Below are positions 26,949-35,545 of a stretch of 47,334 nt of DNA, in pieces. How positions within the stretch are numbered: the stretch's first letter is position 1; every line of letters starts with the position of its first letter. Origin of the DNA: Nitrosomonadales bacterium (lineage in GTDB: Bacteria > Pseudomonadota > Gammaproteobacteria > Burkholderiales > Methylophilaceae); contig JAYQUI010000001.1 of assembly GCA_038147655.1 (NCBI GenBank), positions 1-47,334 on the forward strand. Reading direction: 5' to 3'. The notes beneath the pieces are model-generated. The model ran no database searches. It had not been told where the DNA came from and saw only the letters and a program-made list of their open reading frames with translations. The translations under genes and the position numbers were made by a program.

Positions 26949-27887
26949 ATGAATAAAAAAATCATAAAACAAATAGGCATTTTCTTAATCTTTACTCTTC
27001 TTCATACACCAATCTTTGCAGAAGGGATGATCGAAGAAGAAATGAAAGAACCCATTGATTCTGAAAATGAAACAGCCATTGAGTTAGATTTTTCAGGCCA
27101 AGGTATTTACTCAGATCCATTCAAAAAAGGGGTTACAAGATCACCGGCGTATGCAACATTTGGAGACGATCTTACCGCTGAATCATTACGAATAGATGAT
27201 TTACGCCACCTTACAGATTTAAGGCATTACCGTGTTATTGGAATAGTTGAAGATGAAGAAATGCATGTTCCAGCTATATTGGAATTATACCCAGATGATT
27301 TTTTTGGCGATGAACATCAAGCCTACTATGTAAAAATTGAGACAAACTCAGATCAGGAAGCAATTAACACCGCAGCAAAAAATATCTTAGTTAATCATGG
27401 CCAATCATTGAACCGTTATTTAATTGTTCGGATTAATGACCAGAGCACCCAAAAAAATTATGCTCTTGAGTATGGCCCTTTTAGAACCAAAGAAATTGCG
27501 GCAGCACATTGTTATTATGTTGCAACAATATTACAAAAAAAGGACATGGAGTGTCATAACGTTCATTTCCATTATGTTTCTGATCAGGAAAAACCAGTCC
27601 AACAAAATACGGCTTCGCTGGGATTATCTCAATTTGCATTACTAGACATCAAAGAGAAATCATATGATTTTAATCTTGAAAAATTAAAGAAAGTTTCAAT
27701 TGATGTAACAGTGGATGAGTTATTGGGCCCTTATGGTTTCCATATAACAAACATAAATGCCGATGGTGTTAGTGTTACTGGTTTAAGTGGTAATGCAATG
27801 TTTATTCCTGTGTCGACATTTCCAGTCGGCATTGAAAATTCATCACCATCACAGAAGACTAATTCAGAAACATCACTTTCTAATTAA
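26949..27887 (+). CDS. PilP-like periplasmic protein with inserted SPOR-like domain
   Basis: Signal peptide; DPF motif, LRHYRVIGIV and VTVDELLGPYGFHITNINADGVSV are PilP-like; YALEYGPFRTKEIAAAHC is SPOR-like. Confidence 0.6.
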   Translation: MNKKIIKQIGIFLIFTLLHTPIFAEGMIEEEMKEPIDSENETAIELDFSGQGIYSDPFKKGVTRSPAYATFGDDLTAESLRIDDLRHLTDLRHYRVIGIVEDEEMHVPAILELYPDDFFGDEHQAYYVKIETNSDQEAINTAAKNILVNHGQSLNRYLIVRINDQSTQKNYALEYGPFRTKEIAAAHCYYVATILQKKDMECHNVHFHYVSDQEKPVQQNTASLGLSQFALLDIKEKSYDFNLEKLKKVSIDVTVDELLGPYGFHITNINADGVSVTGLSGNAMFIPVSTFPVGIENSSPSQKTNSETSLSN

Positions 27888-27889
27888 CT

Positions 27890-29671
27890 ATGCTTGTCAA
27901 TTATTCACCAGCAACAAGTGAAAAAGCGATAAAAGCCATAATTAATGCTGGACGATTAGAAGAAAATAAAATTACTTCTGATTTTTTTAGTAAATTAGGT
28001 TGGCCTGAAAAATTAAAAACTTTAATTAATGATGGTTCCATTGACGAAACCTGGTTGGTAGCCACATTTGCAAAGAGCGTAAGCTTACCCCAGGTATTTC
28101 CTGAAGAGAGTGATTGTCATAGTGAGGCGGTCAGAAGTGTTAATACATCCACTATGATAGAAAATGTGCTGCTTCCTTATAAGATTGTTGATAACTTTAT
28201 TCACGTGATTATATTAGACCCTAAAAATATTTCTCTATCATCGGCTATTAAAAAACAATCAAATTTGGATGTAATTTTTGAAATTACGAGCATGTCTCAC
28301 TTTGAGCGAATGTTGAATTATGCTCCTGTATCTTGGGTATTATCTGCTGGTGAAAAAAGTCCTAGTCCTGAGATACCAAAAGAACCAGAAAAAAAGATCA
28401 AAAAACAAGAGACGGATAAAGTCAATAAATCATCACTAAATATTCCTAAAGGGATAAAGTACCGTGAGAGTTTTGCTTTAGGTAATCCAGATTTAGTCAT
28501 TGATTTTTGCAATCAAATACTAAATGAATCTGTTATTACGGGCACATCAGATATCCATATAGAATGTTTTCGAGATTTTGCCCAGGTCAGAATGCGGCGT
28601 GATGGATCAATGCAGGTGATAAAAGAGTATAGTCAGTACTTATTTAAAAATTATGCAGGCGTGATTACTCGTTTTAAAATCCTAGCAGACTGTGATATTT
28701 CTGAAAGAAGACTTCCGCAGGATGGTGCAATAACAATAAAAGATCCAATGGGCGGCAAGGATGATATTGATTTTCGTTTTAACATCATGCCAACTAAGAA
28801 TGGGGAGCGGATTGTAATGAGAATCTTAGCTGGTAATCCTGCATTATCTTTGGATAAGTTAGGATTTGATCCAGGAGATTATCAAAAAATCATTGACGCA
28901 ATTAATGCACCACAAGGAATGGTCTTAGTAACAGGCCCAACAGGATCAGGGAAAACAACCACCCTGTATGGAGCCTTACAGGAAATTAATAGGCCTGATA
29001 CGTGTATTTTGACTGCTGAAGATCCAGTCGAATATTATTTGGAAGGCGCAGGTCAAGTGCAGGCCAATGAGAAAATTGGTCTAACCTTTAGCTCTATTTT
29101 AAGAGCATTTTTAAGGCAAGACCCAGAAGTAATATTGGTTGGAGAAATTCGAGATCAAGAAACAATCGATATTGCAATTAAGGCTGCATTAACAGGCCAT
29201 CTTCTTTTATCGACATTACATACGAATGATGCAATTGCGACGATTACTCGAATTCAAAATATGGGCGTGCCTAATTTCATGATAGCCAGTGCTTTATCTG
29301 TTGTGGTTGCACAACGTTTGGCTAGAAAAAATTGTAAAGATTGTCTTGAAGATGACCCCCGCGCAACCAAAAAAGAATTACTTAAATTAGGATTTCAAGA
29401 AGACGAACTAACTACATTTGTTGCTCAACGCGGAGCGGGATGTAAAGTTTGTGGCGGAACAGGATTAAAAGGTAGACAAGGTATCTATGAGGTACTAAGA
29501 ATGACAAAAGAAATGGAGATTGCAATTCTTAATAATAAATCAGTTGAAGAAATAGAGAAGGCAGCAAAAATTGATGGATTTAAAACAATGCAAGAGATTG
29601 GCAGAGATTTTATTAAAACCGGTATTTTGTCCATAGAAGAATATGCGAATACCTTACAACTTGAAAATTAA
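27890..29671 (+). CDS. pilB: Type IV pilus extension ATPase (PilB/GspE family)
   Basis: SDIHIE, DISERRLPQDG, GPTGSGKTT, TAEDPVE, LRQDPEVILVGEIRD, TGHLLLSTLHTN, CKDC/CKVC zinc site. Confidence 0.95.
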   Translation: MLVNYSPATSEKAIKAIINAGRLEENKITSDFFSKLGWPEKLKTLINDGSIDETWLVATFAKSVSLPQVFPEESDCHSEAVRSVNTSTMIENVLLPYKIVDNFIHVIILDPKNISLSSAIKKQSNLDVIFEITSMSHFERMLNYAPVSWVLSAGEKSPSPEIPKEPEKKIKKQETDKVNKSSLNIPKGIKYRESFALGNPDLVIDFCNQILNESVITGTSDIHIECFRDFAQVRMRRDGSMQVIKEYSQYLFKNYAGVITRFKILADCDISERRLPQDGAITIKDPMGGKDDIDFRFNIMPTKNGERIVMRILAGNPALSLDKLGFDPGDYQKIIDAINAPQGMVLVTGPTGSGKTTTLYGALQEINRPDTCILTAEDPVEYYLEGAGQVQANEKIGLTFSSILRAFLRQDPEVILVGEIRDQETIDIAIKAALTGHLLLSTLHTNDAIATITRIQNMGVPNFMIASALSVVVAQRLARKNCKDCLEDDPRATKKELLKLGFQEDELTTFVAQRGAGCKVCGGTGLKGRQGIYEVLRMTKEMEIAILNNKSVEEIEKAAKIDGFKTMQEIGRDFIKTGILSIEEYANTLQLEN

Positions 29672-30900
29672 TGAAAGAATTTAGCTATAAAGCAAAAGAT
29701 AAAAAAGGCCGATCTATAAGCGGAAAAATTGTGTCGGGCAACAGAAATGAAGCATTAACCATTTTAAAATCAAGAAAATATACGAGCATTCGTGCAAAAG
29801 AAGTGAAACAAAAAAAAGATCCAACCTTAACGGCAATCACTTGGGGTCCTTTCGGAAAAGTTCCTAATAAAGATATCTTAGTTTTTACTAAAAAACTATC
29901 AACCATGGTGCGTAGCGGGCTAACAATCTTAGATGCATTAAATTTAATTAGCACCCAAACTCAGAATGTTGTTTTTCGAAAATATATTAATGAAATGATT
30001 AAAGATATTAATAATGGCATGTCCTTTTCAGCTGTGGTTAGAAAACACCCTACCTGTTTCGATAGTGTATTTTGCAACATGATCGAAGCAGGAGAAATAA
30101 GTGGTATGTTAGACCAGTTTCTTGATCGTATTGTCGATGGTCAAGAGCGTATGGATAAGATCAGGAAAGGGATTAAAAGTGCTCTATTTTATCCAGTAAC
30201 CCTAATCGTGGTGACTATATTAATCGTGTGGGCGATGTTGATATTCGTGGTGCCAACCTTCCAAGAAATGTATGCAGGCATGGGGATTGAGCTTCCAGGT
30301 CCGACACAAATGATTATTAACGCCAGTGATTGGATAATGAATGGTAAAAATTTTATCAGTTTAATTGGCACAGTGGTCGGGGCAATTCTCTTACATCGTT
30401 TCTTAATGAAAAAATTATATCCATACACGGCAACCATTCATGGGTTAATGCTTAAGCTCCCCTTGTTCGGGAATATCATTATAAAGTCAACGGTTGCAAG
30501 ACTATCTCTCTTAATGGCAAATTTGTTTGCAGCCGGAATTGGGGTTGAGCAAATTTTAAAAGTAGCCACTAACGTAACCACTAACACAAAGTTTATTGAG
30601 GCAATGGAAAGAATTAATGACAGAGTAGTTACTGGTTCTGATTTATCTGCATTATTTGCTGAGGAGTCGGCATTTCCTTTGGAGCTCTCACAGTTAATTA
30701 AGGTTGGAGAATCAACCGGGAATATGGATGAAATGTTATCGTCTATAGCGAGGTATTATCAAGAAGAATTTGAAACAGTAGTCTCTGGATTGACAACGAT
30801 TATCGAGCCCATTATGATCGTTTTTGTTGGTGGCATGATTGGTTTAATGGTCGTTGCCTTATACCTACCCATATTTAGTGCAGGAGATGCTTTTGCCTAA
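29671..30900 (+). CDS. pilC: Type IV pilus platform protein (PilC/GspF family)
   Basis: FSYKA N-terminus, FTKKLSTMVRSG, AGEISG.LD, SALFYP, VGESTGNMDEML, IEP...ALYLPIF. Confidence 0.95.
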   Translation: MKEFSYKAKDKKGRSISGKIVSGNRNEALTILKSRKYTSIRAKEVKQKKDPTLTAITWGPFGKVPNKDILVFTKKLSTMVRSGLTILDALNLISTQTQNVVFRKYINEMIKDINNGMSFSAVVRKHPTCFDSVFCNMIEAGEISGMLDQFLDRIVDGQERMDKIRKGIKSALFYPVTLIVVTILIVWAMLIFVVPTFQEMYAGMGIELPGPTQMIINASDWIMNGKNFISLIGTVVGAILLHRFLMKKLYPYTATIHGLMLKLPLFGNIIIKSTVARLSLLMANLFAAGIGVEQILKVATNVTTNTKFIEAMERINDRVVTGSDLSALFAEESAFPLELSQLIKVGESTGNMDEMLSSIARYYQEEFETVVSGLTTIIEPIMIVFVGGMIGLMVVALYLPIFSAGDAFA

Positions 30901-30925
30901 TTGATAAATATGAAATAATGAATTA

Positions 30926-31936
30926 ATGAGCGAACAGAACCCTTTATACGATTATATTTACAACACCCTTCAATCAGAGCGTGTGTCTGATTTTCATATG
31001 CATGCGGGCAAGCCTTTAACAGCTCGAATTCATGGGGAATTAAAAACATATCAGGACATGCTTGTGACGGAAGAGGACTTACAAGATTTAATTCGATCCG
31101 AGGTTCCAGAGGATTGGTATGATCGCTTTGTTGAACATCATGATCTTGATTTTGCTTTTGTCATCAAAGATACGCGATTCCGTGCGTCTGCATTGGGGAC
31201 CATTACAGGAACAGGTTTAGTGTTGCGTGTGATTGTATCGGAGGTTCCAAATATTGATATGTTAGGCCTTCCTCCAGCAGTCCATCAGGCGCTAGAATTG
31301 AGAGATGGATTGGTCTTAGTCACCGGCGCTACTGGATCAGGTAAGTCGACATCCTTGGCAGCAATGATAGATAAAATTAACAGAACAAGAGCAGAAAATA
31401 TAATTACAGTAGAAGACCCAATTGAATTCACCCACCAAAATAAGCAATCCATCATTGTGCAAAGGGAAGTAGGTAAAGATACCGATACCTTTGCTTCTGC
31501 TTTAAAGGGAGCACTCAGACAGGACCCTGATGTCATTTTAATGGGCGAACTGCGAGATTATGAAACTATTTCGATGGCACTTACAGCAGCTGAAACGGGA
31601 CATCTTGTTTTTGGGACTTTGCATACCAACGGTGCTCCTGAGACCATCAATAGGTTAGTAGATGCGTTCCCACCTGAGGAGCAAAATAAAGCTCAAGCTC
31701 AGTTATCATTGTCATTAAGGTTGGTGATGACTCAGCAACTTTTAAAGAAAAAAGGGGGTGGGCGTATAGGGGCTTTTGAAGTGATGGTAAATACCCCTGC
31801 TGTGGCAAACTTGATCCGTGAGAAAAAAATCTCGCAAATAGCCAACATGATGCAGACAGGAGTTAAAGAAGGTATGATGTTAATGGATAAGTATAAGGAA
31901 ATTCTTCTTGGGAAAGGGCTGATTGATTCAGTTTAA
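30926..31936 (+). CDS. pilT: Type IV pilus retraction ATPase
   Basis: GATGSGKSTS, EDPIEF, ALRQDPD, AETGHLVFGTLHT, AVANLIRE (variant of the PilT AIRNLIRE motif). Confidence 0.95.
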   Translation: MSEQNPLYDYIYNTLQSERVSDFHMHAGKPLTARIHGELKTYQDMLVTEEDLQDLIRSEVPEDWYDRFVEHHDLDFAFVIKDTRFRASALGTITGTGLVLRVIVSEVPNIDMLGLPPAVHQALELRDGLVLVTGATGSGKSTSLAAMIDKINRTRAENIITVEDPIEFTHQNKQSIIVQREVGKDTDTFASALKGALRQDPDVILMGELRDYETISMALTAAETGHLVFGTLHTNGAPETINRLVDAFPPEEQNKAQAQLSLSLRLVMTQQLLKKKGGGRIGAFEVMVNTPAVANLIREKKISQIANMMQTGVKEGMMLMDKYKEILLGKGLIDSV

Positions 31937-31947
31937 AAAACGAAAAA

Positions 31948-32562
31948 ATGGCTTTTGATTTAATATTTAGAGGCAATACTTTTATCCTGACCTTAACAGG
32001 CAGTGTCGATCTGAGTGAAACTTCGATCATTAAAGAATCATTAGTTAATGAACCAAAAGCTGGCTTTAAGAAATTATCTATAATTGCGGAATCTGTAGAT
32101 TACATTGACTCTTCAGCGGTTGCATTACTTTTATTTGCAAAACGTATTGCTGAGGAAAACCAAATGCTTTTTGAAATCAACTCTATATCTGATGCAGCCA
32201 CAAAAGTGATTCAGTTAGCTGGATTGGATAAGGTCTTCACCTTGCCGGTAAATTCTTCCAGTCAATCTGAGCCAGTTCAAGAGCCTGAAGTTAACATAGA
32301 TTTGAATGCAGACATTGATAATGATAATGAGATCAATTTGTCACCAGCTGAAGATTTAGATGAGACAGCTGATGGAATGGATACAGAAGAAAAAGATGAG
32401 GTCGAAATGGATTTTAATTTAGATTTTTCAACAGAAGAAGAAGAAATTTCTCAACCTGTTGACAATACAAAAGATTCGGAACAGAATTTATCTAACAATA
32501 AAGATTCTGGCGACGATTCAAAGTCAGATGATTTTGAGTTTAAACCAGGTACATTTGAATAA
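31948..32562 (+). CDS. STAS-domain anti-anti-sigma factor (RsbV/SpoIIAA-like) with long acidic tail
   Basis: LTGSVDL, VDYIDSSAVALL with the conserved phospho-acceptor Ser, VIQLAGLDKVF; residues ~101-204 are Asp/Glu-rich. Confidence 0.87.
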   Translation: MAFDLIFRGNTFILTLTGSVDLSETSIIKESLVNEPKAGFKKLSIIAESVDYIDSSAVALLLFAKRIAEENQMLFEINSISDAATKVIQLAGLDKVFTLPVNSSSQSEPVQEPEVNIDLNADIDNDNEINLSPAEDLDETADGMDTEEKDEVEMDFNLDFSTEEEEISQPVDNTKDSEQNLSNNKDSGDDSKSDDFEFKPGTFE

Positions 32563-32579
32563 TAATCTAGGGAGGATTT

Positions 32580-33047
32580 ATGAAAAATTTAAAACAAGGC
32601 TTTTCACTAATTGAATTATTAGTGGTTGTCGCGATCATTGGTATTTTGGCAGCCGTCGGTACCGTTGGCTATCAGAATTACATTGATGGCACGAAAGAAA
32701 GAGTGGCACTGACAAATGCTGAGACGCTTGCGAAAGCAGTATCATCTGCTGACCTTGCAATTTCAGCAGGTGTAACAGGAGATTGTACGTCAGCAAATAC
32801 AGTCACAGAATGTATGCAAGCGATTCTTGATGCAAGTGATTTTACAAACCCATACACAAGCGCTGCCTATCCAGCAATCTCTGCAACTGATTTGGGTGTA
32901 GCATGTGATACTGCCGGCGCTATTTCAGCAAATAAAGACACAGGTGTAATTGTTTGTTTAGATCCTGGAGCAGCCGATGATGATACTGATGGTGTAGTGA
33001 GTGATACTATTACAATTTCATCAACAAGTGCATTAGCAGATGACTAA
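32580..33047 (+). CDS. pilA: Major type IVa pilin
   Basis: KQG|FSLIELLVVVAIIGILAAVG, 155 aa, four Cys, strong GGAGG RBS at 32571-32575, followed by a terminator. Confidence 0.9.
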   Translation: MKNLKQGFSLIELLVVVAIIGILAAVGTVGYQNYIDGTKERVALTNAETLAKAVSSADLAISAGVTGDCTSANTVTECMQAILDASDFTNPYTSAAYPAISATDLGVACDTAGAISANKDTGVIVCLDPGAADDDTDGVVSDTITISSTSALADD

Positions 33048-33067
33048 TAATCATATTTAATGATGAT

Positions 33068-33097
33068 TAAAAAACCACACTTCGGTGTGGTTTTTTA
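33068..33097 (+). terminator. Rho-independent terminator after the major pilin
   Basis: AAAAAACCACAC-TTCG-GTGTGGTTTTTT perfect hairpin with C(UUCG)G tetraloop and U-tract. Confidence 0.9.
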
Positions 33098-33099
33098 TT

Positions 33100-33474
33100 A
33101 TGAAAACTTTTTATACCAAAAAAAATATCCAACAAGAAATAAGACTGTGGGCAATAGAGACATTCTCATCTATCCCTAACCAAGAAAATATAATTATTTT
33201 GTTAAGTGAGGTTATTCAAAATATTTACCGACATGCATATGAAAAACTAGATAATCAAAAAATTGAAGTTGCATGGACAGCAGATCAAAAACATATTGAA
33301 TTCATCATTCACGATGATGCAATTTCACAGAATCTTGATTTCTTAAAAGAGGAATTTGAGCCTACTGAAGATGGCAAGATGGGATTGAGGATTATTAAAA
33401 AAATTGCCAAACAATTTAGTATTCAACACAAACCACAGGGTCATGAGACTAGGGTAACTGTAAATATTAATTAA
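33100..33474 (+). CDS. Anti-sigma factor / Ser kinase (RsbW/SpoIIAB-like HATPase)
   Basis: SEVIQNIYRHAY (N box), IHDDA (degenerate G1), DGKMGLRII (G2), GHETRV; probable ATG at 33100. Confidence 0.82.
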   Translation: MKTFYTKKNIQQEIRLWAIETFSSIPNQENIIILLSEVIQNIYRHAYEKLDNQKIEVAWTADQKHIEFIIHDDAISQNLDFLKEEFEPTEDGKMGLRIIKKIAKQFSIQHKPQGHETRVTVNIN

Positions 33475-33482
33475 GGTTTTTT

Positions 33483-34706
33483 ATGCTTAATAATGACATC
33501 ATCAAAATACTTACCGGAATGTTAAATCAATTTTCGGCTAGTTCAAATGTATCTGAAAATTTAAATAGAATCTTACAAGAAATTACATCCTTAATTGATG
33601 TAGAGGCAAGTTCATTTTTCTTTTTTGACAGTAAAAATAATGTCCTGATTTGTCAGTCAAATACAGGACCGGTGGACATCAAGGGATTAACGTTACAAAA
33701 AGATCAAGGAATAGTAGGCGAGGTATTTCAAAATAAACAAAGTCGCTTAATCAGTGATGTTAAGAAGGAAGCAAATCACTTGAGTAAGGTGGATGAAAAA
33801 ACGGGTTTCCAAACAAAATCTTTAATGACCGTCCCCGTTATTTTTGATGCCAAGATCTATGGCTGTTTGCAAGCCTTGAATAAAAAGAACACAGATTTGT
33901 TTGATGAGAAGGACCTACAGTACTTTGAATTATTGGCTCTAAACTTAGGCATCATTTTAAAGAATGTTGAATTAACAGAAAAAGCAGTTTTAGATAAATT
34001 AATTGAAAAAGATATTGCAGATGCAAGAAGTGCTCAGACCGTCTTATTTCCAAGCGTAGATTTATTTCAACACATCGCAGGAGGGGTAACTCCATATCGA
34101 GAATTGTCGGGTGATTTTATTGATTATTTTGCTGTAAAAGATGAAAAAATAGCATTCATTCAGGGAGACGTTTCTGGAAAGGGCGTGCCGGCAACAATCA
34201 TGATGTCCAGATGCATGTCCCTTTTTAGACTATTTGCAAAGCAAGAGTTATCGGCAGCGGACATTGCTAAAAAAATGAATGAAGAAATTTATGGCCATGG
34301 CACAGATGATCGATTTGCTACATGTGTCGTTGGTTGGCTGGAGAATAATAAACTGGAATTTGTGAATTGTGGTCACAATCCAGTTCTCTATTATATGAAT
34401 AAAGAATATAAATCTTTTGGTTCAACAGCCCCTCCGCTTGGTATTGTTGATCGGGTAGGATTCATTCCAGAAATAAAAAAAATTGAGATGGACGAAGGCA
34501 CATCTGTTTACATAACAACTGATGGCATTACAGAAGCGAAAATTAACAATGTAGAAATAGATACCAAAGGTTTAGCGTCAATGGCCAAGGCTCAAAGCGA
34601 TAATACTTCCGCCCCAGATCGTTATAAACAAATTAAAAATTACTTGATGAAGCCTGCTGTTGAAATAAATGATGATGCAACGTTGCTAATCATTTTGTCT
34701 AGATAG
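33483..34706 (+). CDS. GAF plus PP2C/SpoIIE Ser phosphatase (RsbU/RsbP-like)
   Basis: GAF (QGIVGEVF, VDEKTGFQTKSLMTVP, LQALNK); PP2C motifs SGDFIDY, GDVSGKG, NCGH, TDGITEA, DDATL. Confidence 0.93.
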   Translation: MLNNDIIKILTGMLNQFSASSNVSENLNRILQEITSLIDVEASSFFFFDSKNNVLICQSNTGPVDIKGLTLQKDQGIVGEVFQNKQSRLISDVKKEANHLSKVDEKTGFQTKSLMTVPVIFDAKIYGCLQALNKKNTDLFDEKDLQYFELLALNLGIILKNVELTEKAVLDKLIEKDIADARSAQTVLFPSVDLFQHIAGGVTPYRELSGDFIDYFAVKDEKIAFIQGDVSGKGVPATIMMSRCMSLFRLFAKQELSAADIAKKMNEEIYGHGTDDRFATCVVGWLENNKLEFVNCGHNPVLYYMNKEYKSFGSTAPPLGIVDRVGFIPEIKKIEMDEGTSVYITTDGITEAKINNVEIDTKGLASMAKAQSDNTSAPDRYKQIKNYLMKPAVEINDDATLLIILSR

Positions 34707-35466
34707 TAAAAAGCTTATTTCTTTTGAGAACCTTAATGCTGTGTTGCATCTTTTTTGACTGAATTTCCTTAAGAATTTTTTGTTCATTTCCTGGCTTATT
34801 GTGAGTGATATATATGACCTGTTTATCTGTAATTTTTTTTAACTCATCGCTTAATTGGTTTGGTGTGAAATGTTTTGATAGTTTAGCTATTTTGGAATTT
34901 CTATCCTGAAACGAAACATCAATTATTACAGCTTGTAAATCTTTTGCATCATTAATAATTTTAATAAGGTTATGCGATGGTCCTGTATCTCCAGAAAAAA
35001 TAATCGAACTGGATTTGCTCGAAATTTTAAATCCAATTGCAGGGACAGTATGATTAACTTTAAATGGTTTAATGCGAATGGATTTAATAGTTATATCTTT
35101 GTCATTGATTAAATTATATTTAATAAATGGTTTTGTTTTACTGGGGATCACACTAAAATCTGGCCAAATAATGTTATTAAAAATATTATTTTTTAAAGCA
35201 TTAATAGTTTCCACTGCGGCATATATATTAATGGGTTTTCTTTTAAGTGAACCAATTGCATCCGCTAGGAGTGGAATACCAAGAATATGATCAAGATGAG
35301 AGTGTGTAATAAAAATATGATCTATTTTTTTTAACTCATCAATTGTTAAATCTAATATTCCGCTGCCAGCATCAATTAATATATTCTCATTAATTTTAAA
35401 ACTGGTAGTACGATGTCCTTTACTTATACTTCCGGAGCAGCCTAGGATTTTCAAAGTATTGTGCAT
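34699..35466 (-). CDS. Metallo-beta-lactamase-fold hydrolase, probable class II 3',5'-cyclic nucleotide phosphodiesterase
   Basis: ILGCSG, RTTSF, LIDAG, THSHLDH, FNNIIWPDF, VNHTVP, FSGDTG, HFTP, THNKPG. Confidence 0.82.
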   Translation of the reverse strand: MHNTLKILGCSGSISKGHRTTSFKINENILIDAGSGILDLTIDELKKIDHIFITHSHLDHILGIPLLADAIGSLKRKPINIYAAVETINALKNNIFNNIIWPDFSVIPSKTKPFIKYNLINDKDITIKSIRIKPFKVNHTVPAIGFKISSKSSSIIFSGDTGPSHNLIKIINDAKDLQAVIIDVSFQDRNSKIAKLSKHFTPNQLSDELKKITDKQVIYITHNKPGNEQKILKEIQSKKMQHSIKVLKRNKLFTI

Positions 35467-35545
35467 ATGTAAAAATAGACAATTATGTTATCTTCGTTAC
35501 ATAAATAATACTCTAATATGGTGAGTGATTAATTAAAAAATACAA

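Noticed and set aside
27890-28100. c-di-GMP-binding MshEN motif at the PilB N-terminus
   Set aside because: No RLGxxL(L/V)xxG tandem motif; only a degenerate helix (AIINAGRL)
21803-31936. Reading the cluster as a type II secretion system or Tad pilus
   Set aside because: A PilT with AVANLIRE and a Cys-containing type IVa pilin are present; no Flp pilin, TadA/CpaF or GspG-type pseudopilin
11579-35545. Prophage, ICE or defence island interpretation of the accessory block
   Set aside because: No integrase, relaxase, phage structural, nuclease or CBASS/Pycsar-type effector genes; the cyclase is a membrane CHASE2 sensor type
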